Shown: positions 55,807-64,000 of the stretch, one piece after another
Layout of the letters: every line of letters begins with the position of its first letter
Position numbering within the stretch: position 1 is the stretch's first letter
Assembly (NCBI GenBank): GCA_965645245.1
Contig: OZ287074.1
Coordinates: forward strand, 2,108,001-2,172,000
Source: Massalongia carnosa
Taxonomy: Eukaryota
DNA: 64,000 bases
Direction of reading: 5' to 3'
Made by a program: the position numbers and the translations under genes
Notes under the pieces: generated by a model
Seen by the model: only the letters and a program-made list of their open reading frames with translations
Database searches by the model: none
What the model was told of the DNA's origin: nothing

Positions 55807-55989
55807 TCGAGAAGTGTTGCAAAAAGCTGAAAAATAGGTTGTAAAATGGGTGAATCCTGAGATTGAAACTACGCAGATCGCTTGCCTACGCAGACCGCTT
55901 TCCCCGAATAGAGGTGGTACATCTCGTATGCAGGCAGCTAAGCGAGGCAGACGATTAGTGATGATTCTTATTCCGATGTGGTACCGGCC

Positions 55990-56836
55990 TACGCCGCGCA
56001 ACGGGTCGGGTTTCTGAACTGAAAAACCAACCCGTTTGTGGCGTGTCATGGAGTGACTGGGCACCTGCAAGTTAGTTCATTGAATCAACCTTAGCTGCTT
56101 AAACGAAGTACTAGCCGGTTAGCCGATCCGAAAGGAACTAAGCTTAATCCGGTTCAGTCAGGGCAATGGTAAGTTTTCCGACTATCAATAGTGTCATGGC
56201 GATAGTTTCATGCTAGGGACTTGGGAAAATTGGATCAACAGCTGGATTAGGACTAGTTCCGTTCGCCAGAGTCTTATACTCGCCCACGTTAGATTTTCTG
56301 TTTCTTTTCTCCTTGTCGAACGTCTTGTCCACCTATCTAGACAATCAAGTAACACGTTGTAGAGGGGTGGAGTGGAACTCCACCGGGTCGGTGGCAAGTG
56401 AGGTGATGAGTCAGGTGATTGGTCATGTGGTCGGGTGCTGGCGTCTTGGCGTTCCGGTGATATGAGTCTTTTTCTCAAACTTTCCTTCTCATCTTTCGGG
56501 ATATCCATCTTCGGATCATACTGCTATCAACATATACAGCTATCATAGACACTATCATTAATACAGCTAGTCGGCCATTGATGGGCATGACGATTAATTC
56601 ATCGATGCAGTGAGGCTCTGTTGATTCGGTCATTTGTTTGTTTGTTTTATCCTTCTATCGTTCGCCACTACCCAGTTTATCCCTTCACAACGTTTGCAAC
56701 ACCTGAATTCCTACCTGACCTCGCACCCTGACATGGCGAACCCTATGATTTTTGGTGTGCGGGTTGAGTTTTAGAAGAAAAACCCGGGGGCGAAAAAGCA
56801 ATTTTATGGCGAAAACCGAACTGGTTGCGCGGCGTA
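55990..56836. mobile_element. Non-autonomous hAT-like TIR element
   Basis: TIR TACGCCGCGCAAC; 8-bp flanks TACCGGCC / GACAGGCC (6 of 8 match); no transposase. Confidence 0.65.
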
Positions 56837-57879
56837 GACAGGCCGAAGGCCGGCTTATGCGGGCGAGTATATCTAGTTGTATAGTACATGGAATACCTTT
56901 TGAGGAAGAAAAACTATGCAATCCTGTGACCGGCCGAGGACCCTCCGGGTCCTAGCCGTGTTTTCCATGAAAAAACCTTTGACCCAAGACAAGTATAAAA
57001 AAATGAAACAAAGTATGCCTACTGTTAGCAGTTCAGATGCTGTGCTGTCAGCGAAAATTGTGACCAATAACCTGTCTTTATTAGCCATTTTGTGCCTAAT
57101 TTTATTGCTTTAGATGACTCAATAATTAATCCATAGTTGTTTGTGCCTATCGTATTTAGCAGAGTTTGTCTGTAGTGATTGAGTTTGCAAAACATGATCA
57201 CATGTTTTGCACTTTGTTTGTGCCAGCCACATGAGCAGTTCGGGGCCGAGACATCTAGGACTCGGCGTCAATGTAGGAAGGCGGCTAGGCCTATCTTTTC
57301 TGAGCATATATAAATGGCTAACGGGCTCTCCGCTTTGGCTAGAGTTTCGTGCAATTTGATGCGTTTTTTAGATAGTAAACCTGATTATGCCGGGGTGGGA
57401 ACGGGTGTGCGTTCCTGATAAAATCTCCACGAGGCCTGCCATGCAACTGTGTATCGTTTTTTTATTTGAGCAGTTATTTTGTTGTGAGCGGCGCGTGCCT
57501 CCCCTATATCTCGGGCGAGATTCGGGGGGGCTTCGGCCCATGTTGGATTTGGTGTCGGTATTGGAGGGTTATATGCCTCCGATGTGATTCTCTTGGCTCA
57601 GGCGTATTTTAGCGTTCCTGAAGTGATAACTGGGGCCCTCTTGCGTCCTGCCCGACCTCGAAGTTTATTGGCTATTTTGTTGCATGCATTTATGATAAAA
57701 CTCTTTTGACCATTTCGACACAGGCGTTGTCTAGTCTGGGCCTGTAGTTGATCAAAATATATGTCAATCGAGGCTTTAAATGTCGCTGCTTCTAGGAAAG
57801 CTATGGGCGTTACTTTGAAGGCTCCAGCTATATTTCTTAGACATTTGTTTTGTATGACAGCCAGCTTGTTCGAGATAAC

Positions 57880-58180
57880 TATCACGGTGCGAGGGCGTGT
57901 AGTAATTCAGGTGGTGCAAACGTGAGACTTGATTGCCTAGCTAAAAAGACAAGACGTTCGACAAAGAGAAAAGAAACAGTAGAACGAAAAGACATGCCTA
58001 TTACTCCTGATAACGAAGCTAGTCTACCTTCGGACGTTGTCTGCCCTGATTACCATATTGACTTCGTCAGGCTTTCGGCATGCACTTCCGTAATGCCATT
58101 ATCTCATGACCGTTCTTAGCACCTCCGGAAGACTATTTCTTCCCGTTCCGACGTGGCATGTGCTTTGTCACCCTGTGACA
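57880..58180. mobile_element. Solo LTR, inverted copy of the 61794-62663 family
   Basis: Reverse-complement homology; flanks ATAAC / ACAAC. Confidence 0.8.
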
Positions 58181-58311
58181 ACAACGTTTGATTTTTAAAT
58201 TTCTTTTCGCATGTGCCAAATAGTGGAGCCGTACGTCATGGTCAGCCGGACTACGGCGGTGTAAACCTAGCGTGCCTTTAGAAGAGTGGCGCCCCATATG
58301 GAAGTGGATAT

Positions 58312-61206
58312 TGAAGAAGGGTAGTCGTGCGTGCTAATGGAAGGTGGTGGTACGTGATGATAGATGGCGAACTAAGCAGTGAACATACACACACACACAA
58401 ACGTCTAAATAGACCTACGACTACATAGACATGAAAAGAACTCGACGACTGAACGACTGAACGACTAGTTGATGCACGAAATAAACTTGTGTCGATGACT
58501 ACGTGACACGACGATGATGATGACAGCGTAGGTGATAGAAGATGATGTCCGGAGATGATGAAGAAAACGTCAGCAAAAAACCCGTTTTATCCCCACACAG
58601 GCCTGCCATGTCACCTGACCATAGATGACACATGTCGCCCCACCACATAGCCTCACACCCCAAAGATGCCGTCCCCTGGCATCTGTCAACACTTCGCCAG
58701 CTCACCTCTCCTGACCAATCAGAACTCGTCTCCGAGCCCTCGCCTCGCCTCTAGTCTGTCCGCCTCACTAGTCTGCCCTGCGGGCCAAGCACAGCTCACA
58801 TGATCACGTCACATGTGAAAAACACGACTCACATCGACCCCTATCCGCTGCTGAATAGCCTCCATCATCGTCACTATTGCCTGCCAGCCCTCGGGGGTGG
58901 ACACGAACTGAATAAATCGTTGTTGACTGACTGATAGGTCTGTTGACGGTGATCCGGACGACTGCATGGAGTTAGCCTGAGGCGGAATGAACGCACCGCT
59001 CGCCCGATAGGCCTCAAATGTTGACGACGTGACCGTTTCAGGTAATGGCAAGGCATCAACCGGTGGTGCAGCTGGTAGGGCTGATGATAACGACGGAGAT
59101 ACTGACGGTGCTGGTGCTGACGCTGACTGATTAGATAGGCCGGGCATGTCAAATGGAGTGGAACAATATGAAGCGGGAGGTCCAGGTAGTGTCCAGCGCG
59201 TACGTTTTGCACGTCTAGCCCGTGCGTGCCTAGCTCGGTCTGACTGCCATGGCCCTGACCTACATGGAGGTGGAAACGACCTCACCCGATTGGCTGACAC
59301 GGTGGCACTAGCTGATGACCGCGCGAGAATTTCTTTCACTTTTGCCAGCAACTCGGTCAAAATCTCTCGACCCACGACAGTGTGCAGCAGTATTTTCGTG
59401 TTATCAGCACCTGCTAGTTGATTTAGGGCTTCCGAAAGGGGAAGGCTGGACAGTCGACACATAGGAACTATCCAGGTGGAGGCCTGCAAATATAAAAACC
59501 CTAGTGCTCGACGAGAGATAGATGACTAAATGAGCGGCAAAGTAGACAGATATTCATCGACATTTGACGAAACGAAGGTTACTGATTGAACGAATGATGA
59601 CGTTGAATGTGTTGAACGTGCTGACCGAAAAGATGACGCTGAACGGGACGGTGATGCTGAACGAGAAGGTGCTAAATAGTCGTCAATTTCGACGTAGCTG
59701 ACGTCCGGAAGACGTCCGGCCATAGCTAGCTCCACATTGACCTCAGAGGCTGAATGAAATGATGTTGATTTTGGCCTTTCCGGCCCCTTTTTGATGACTC
59801 AATGACTGACTTAGTGTCAGCAGACGCAGTGACAGTAGACGCAGCGGACTCAGTGGTCGGCCTTTCCCCGGCCCGCGCTAGCTCAGTGCTAGAACGTAAA
59901 ATTGCTGATTTTGGCCCTTCCGGCCCACGTGTAGATGACTCAATTGCTGACTCAGTGTCAGCTGACTCGATAGCGGTGATGACAGGTGCCGAAGACACGG
60001 CAGAACGAAAAGCGGTGACGGGTGACGGTGGTGCGGTGGACGGTGCAGACATGAACGGTGCAGACGGTGCAGACATAGTGACCGGTGGTGACATGGCGAC
60101 TGCTGGACAAATAGGCAGCGATTCTGGACAGTTTGTATGGGCCACATAGGCCTTTTGTGCCCCATATTTCGCGAACAATTCCTCCATGCTCATGTATGAC
60201 CTTGTTGATGCAACCGAGGCAGTTGATGATGACACTGACGGTGCTGATGAACTGACAGACGATGCCCTCGACACGGAGATGGACCGGCGCTGTCTCGGCA
60301 GATGACGTCGCTGTCGCTTGCTCATAGGTCCGCTGGGTGAAGAAGAAGAAGCAGATAAAGATGAAGATGTAGATGGAGGTGCACTAGTGCTAGAGGTTGG
60401 TGCACTAGTGGTGGACGTGGAAGTGGACGACTCGAACGACTCGGACGACTCGGACGACTCGGAGGCAGAAACGGAGGCTCTTTTAGTAGGCCTACCACGT
60501 TTCGCTCGATTATGGTGTCGCTGTCGTTGACGTGCTCGTTTTGATGGTAGTGGAGTAGGTGAGGTCGGTCTAGTACTCTCGGACACGGTCGCATTGGCCC
60601 AAATGCAAAAGGTAAAGCACGAGGACATGGCCATCAGTGCAGTGAATAGAATGATTAGATAGTTCCTGGAATGTACGTCTAAAACGCATGCAGTCGGTGC
60701 TGGGATGGTGACGGAAGCGGTAGCGGTGGTAAAGAAGCTGAGGGGGGCCATGATGCTCGATTTAGTGCTGAAGGACTCGGTCGTGCACGGTCGGAGGTGG
60801 AGTAGTCAGAGTGATCAGAGGTGCAAAACAAGGAGGTTTTTCGACGTTTGATGCTCAGTTCAACAGCTCAATTGCACCAGTACAATCATATATCGCACCG
60901 TGGTCGCCAATGAAGAAGGGTAGTCGTGCGTGCTAATGGAAGGTGGTGGTACGTGATGATAGATGGCGAACTGAGCAGTGAACATACACATGAAAAGAAC
61001 TCGACGACTGAACGACTGAACGACTAGTTGATGCACGAAATGAACATGTGTCGATGACTACGTGACATGACGATGATGATGACAGCGTAAGTGATAGAAG
61101 ATGATGTCCGGAGATGATGAAGAAAACGCCAGCAAAAAACCCGTTTTATCCCCACACAGGCCTGCCATGTCACCTGACCACAGATGACACATGTCGCCCC
61201 ACCACA
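58312..61206 (-). mobile_element. 2.9-kb LTR element with no recognisable gag/pol
   Basis: LTRs 58312-58647 and 60911-61206; PBS TGGCGACCACG; G-rich tract GGGGTGTGAGG before the 3' LTR; 4-bp TSD ATAT restores the host LINE frame. Confidence 0.9.
58809..60751 (-). pseudogene. Internal ORF of the LTR element: hydrophobic N-terminal segment and Ser/Thr/Pro/Arg-rich body, unknown function
   Basis: ORFs 60751-59726, 59735-59526 and 59489-58809 join with one frameshift (near 59790) and one stop (59526) to ~645 codons. Confidence 0.55.
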
Positions 61207-61793
61207 ATATTTTTGTCAATTCCCTGGATTGTTTTGTCATTTTTTCCCCGGATTTTCCTTATGTGAGCACCCTATTTCAATTTTGAATCGATTTGAAGTC
61301 CCAGAATTCCGATGTCTGTCTTTAGTTTTATGATATTATTTCATACTTGAATAACAGTAAATATGTTGAATTTCTTCGGATTTCTTATCAGATGTATCAA
61401 ATCGTATTTCTTCGGAGCGAAGACTGAACCATGTCGATTTACCCATTTTTCACATTTTTTGTGAATTACATCTAGCGTCTTGCAATTTTCTTCGGTGCTT
61501 TTTTCTTATGCTACTACATTGATGTCATATACGAAGCCTAGAGCACTCGTGTTGAAGCCCGGACTTTCACATATATCTAGTAGGGCTGCATTGTAGAACA
61601 GATAAAGATTAGGAGAAATAGGGGAGCCTTATGGGATGTCAGTTTTTACATCGAATATGCCCGTGACTCGGCTGTGAATCACCAGGGTAGTGCTTCTTTC
61701 ATTTAGAAAACTGTTTACCCAGTCAGTGATCCTTTTTGGGATTTTCCTTTTGCGAAGATTGTGAATCAGTCTTCGATTTGTCACGGCTCCTGC

Positions 61794-62663
61794 TGTCACG
61801 GGGTGACAAAGTACATGCCACGTCGGAACAGGAAGAACTAGCCTTCCTGAGGTGCTAAGAACAGTCATGAGGTAATAGCATTGCGGAAGTGCAAGCCGAA
61901 AGCATAACGAAGTCAATATGGTAATAAGGACAGACAACGTCCGAAGGTAGACTAGCTTAGTTATCAGGAGTAATGTCTTTTCGTTCTACTGTTTCTTTTC
62001 TCTTTGTCGAACGTCTTGTATATTTTGTAACGGTTCGACCAAGCGTGGTGCGGACGGCAGAACCTATAGCGAACATAGCAGGAGTCCCAGTTATAGTAGA
62101 ATAGAGCTTGGTCTGCGGACTAAGTATTGTGCCTTTTGGTCTGGAGGACAGGTGGCGCAATGGTAGAAATCTATTCACTATCTCGCTTAGTCACAGAATA
62201 CTTAGTCATCAATCGGTGTACTAGTCGTGAGTTCGATTTCTGACCTGAGTTCCTCGCTTTTTCGCCTTGCTTCGACGGACTGAAGCTAGGACGAAACGGG
62301 AAAGCGTTGGATGAAAACTCTCTAAGTCGGATCGGCGAAGGCAGTACGCTAAGAAGAGCCCATTCTTTGGGGCTAACTATAACTGGAAGCGGCTAAGGGC
62401 TAGCCGCAGCTAGATAGGCGGTAGTGTAACGGTTCGTCCAAGCGTGGTGCGGACGGCAGGACCTACAGCGAACATAGCATGAGTCCCAATTATAGTAGAA
62501 TAGAGCTTAGTCTGCGAACTAAGTATTGTGCCTTTTGGTCGGGAAGGACAGGCGGCGCAATGGTAGAAATCTATTCACTATCTCGCTTCGTCACACATTT
62601 AACTCGATAATTAAGTCTCACGTTTGCATCATCTTAATTACTACACGCCCTCGCACCGTGACA
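61794..62663 (+). mobile_element. Solo LTR hosting the TRIM-like element, itself inside another LTR starting at 61779
   Basis: TGTCACGG...CCGTGACA, TSD CCTGC. Confidence 0.85.
62026..62595 (+). mobile_element. TRIM-like miniature LTR retrotransposon (570 bp)
   Basis: LTRs 62026-62195 and 62425-62595; 229-bp non-coding interior; purine-rich AGATAGGCGGTAG before the 3' LTR; flanks TATTT / CATTT. Confidence 0.88.
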
Positions 62664-63265
62664 CCTGCTACGTCTATGCTCAATAATGTAGCTACTTTAT
62701 CCGTGCCTTGACCCCACACTGTATAACTTTGTTCAGTCAACAATTCTATTGCAGATTCGGTTGATCTTCCTCGTCTGGCGCCTATCTAGGTGTCGGGCAG
62801 GAGTCGGAAGGTTTCCGCTAGATAGGTTATATTTTTTGACATAATAGATTCTATTACTTTTCCAAGCGTGTTTAGGGTGCTATGAGTCGATAGGCGTTCG
62901 AGGCCGAATAGTCATCCTTGCATGTTTTCTTTAGTATGATTGTATTGGCGGTTTTGAATGCACGAGGATAATATGCTTGTTCTACACATGCTTATAACAG
63001 TGGGGTGAGTAATTCGACTAGCTTTTCCGAGCATGCATTCCCAATTCTGTTGGCTATTCCGTCCGGACCCGGGGCCGTATCGGGCTTGAGTGGGTGTATA
63101 GCTTCCTATATCTCTAGTTCGGTTATGATCATTAGACATTATGGCGGGCTGGCGTAAAATAAACCCTCTATGTCGCTGAGGTCGGCCGGAGGGGCAGGTG
63201 GAAAGAATTTCTGTTTTAGCATGTCCGATTTCTCCTCGAACGTCTCTGCTACTTGATCGTCTCGA

Positions 63266-63558
63266 TGTCAGGACAGCTTCCTACAAGACATGAAGCGGTC
63301 GCACACTTCTGCAGGGGGTGCGTGGGAAGACACCCATGCGATAGTCTCAACCGGTCCAATCATGTAATAGTAATTAGTTTGACAAACGTGGCCTGATCAA
63401 GGTAGGGCTATAGGATAAAGAGCCCTTCGCCCACCTCTTTCGGAGGGCCACTGATCAATCTATTGATTACACTCCACCTACTGCTATTCCATAGCGACTC
63501 CTATTCTATCCTACCACTGTAGAGCCAAATACTCACACTATTCGTACTTCGCCTCACA
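63266..63558 (+). mobile_element. Solo LTR (293 bp)
   Basis: TG...CA ends, flanks CTCGA / CTTGA; LINE coding sequence on both sides. Confidence 0.8.
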
Positions 63559-63604
63559 CTTGAACGAGATTGAGCATTTTAGGAATTTCTCTTGTCTGGT
63601 CGCT

Positions 63605-64000
63605 TGTCAAGGACTGGGCAGGGGATTGAACTAATGTTCCTAGGAATTGGATTGGGTGATCAAGATGTCTTTATTAATAAGGCTATAGCTAGGTGATGAT
63701 TGCTATACAAGACGTCGGACAAGGAGTCAACTATCTAATTAACTTGTCCTTCCTTTTATATTTGTCTCGAACCCCTTTGCATGAAGATACGATCAGTGTT
63801 CATCTCCCCCTATTAGAAGACGTACGGCACGAAGGTTTGACGAGGTGTTTGACGATAAAAGGTGGAGATGAGGTTCTCCTGTCGTTGGTACGCTTTGATG
63901 GTGATGGTACAGCTTTGACCTGAAGCCGTTGAGAGGGGTCTAAACTCGATTTAGTTAATGAGATTCTGACTAAGCTGAATAGAGGAACGGGAGCTTAGTC
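63605..64000. mobile_element. Probable start of another LTR element, running off the window
   Basis: TGTCAAGG start exactly where LINE homology stops. Confidence 0.4.

Larger units (their letters stand above)
53607..55955 (+). mobile_element. pogo-like element with ~260-bp imperfect TIRs and a decayed transposase
   Basis: 53607-53865 is the reverse complement of 55480-55955 once the solo LTR is removed; TA TSD; GFRVEC, SPENRKS, MQPLDVG. Confidence 0.88.
55958..63604 (-). mobile_element. Old Tad LINE on the minus strand, broken by many nested insertions
   Basis: Pieces in LINE order: tail 55958-55989, UTR 56845-57050, IQNKCLR 57860, LTKISTSIWGA 58300/61215, RLIHNLRKRKIP 61770, FFPPAPPADL 63200, REIPKM 63585. 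Confidence 0.88.

Noticed and set aside
56845..57050. Stand-alone SINE
   Set aside because: Continues into LINE ORF2 remnants, so it is a LINE 3' UTR; no pol III boxes seen here or at 25700-25872.

Overview
Eukaryotic DNA from a filamentous ascomycete (GT-AG introns with CTRAC-type branch points, fungal TE families). About 85% of the window, by eye, is nested transposable elements: a full-length Tad-clade LINE (251-5512), an intact chromovirus Ty3/gypsy with identical LTRs (7121-13171), a decayed related gypsy, copia remnants, two Ngaro/DIRS tyrosine-recombinase retroelements, several pogo/Fot1 and Tc1-like DNA transposons, hAT-like ends and many solo LTRs. Four apparently intact host genes sit among them: an ADH6-like alcohol dehydrogenase, a secreted GMC oxidoreductase, a DAO-family FAD oxidoreductase and, divergent from it, a Dit1/PvcA-type isocyanide synthase. 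Best leads: (1) a candidate isocyanide gene pair/cluster with no P450 or TauD partner in the window; (2) a 570-bp self-priming TRIM-like LTR element; (3) a 2.9-kb LTR element with tRNA-type PBS and 4-bp TSD that has no recognisable gag/pol but carries a hydrophobic Ser/Thr-rich ORF; (4) a DD37E Tc1-like element with a 5-bp rather than TA target duplication; (5) conserved RNA structures (LINE 3' hairpin, -1 frameshift hairpin) and CpC-biased RIP-like mutation. All calls come from reading the sequence by eye; no database search was run.
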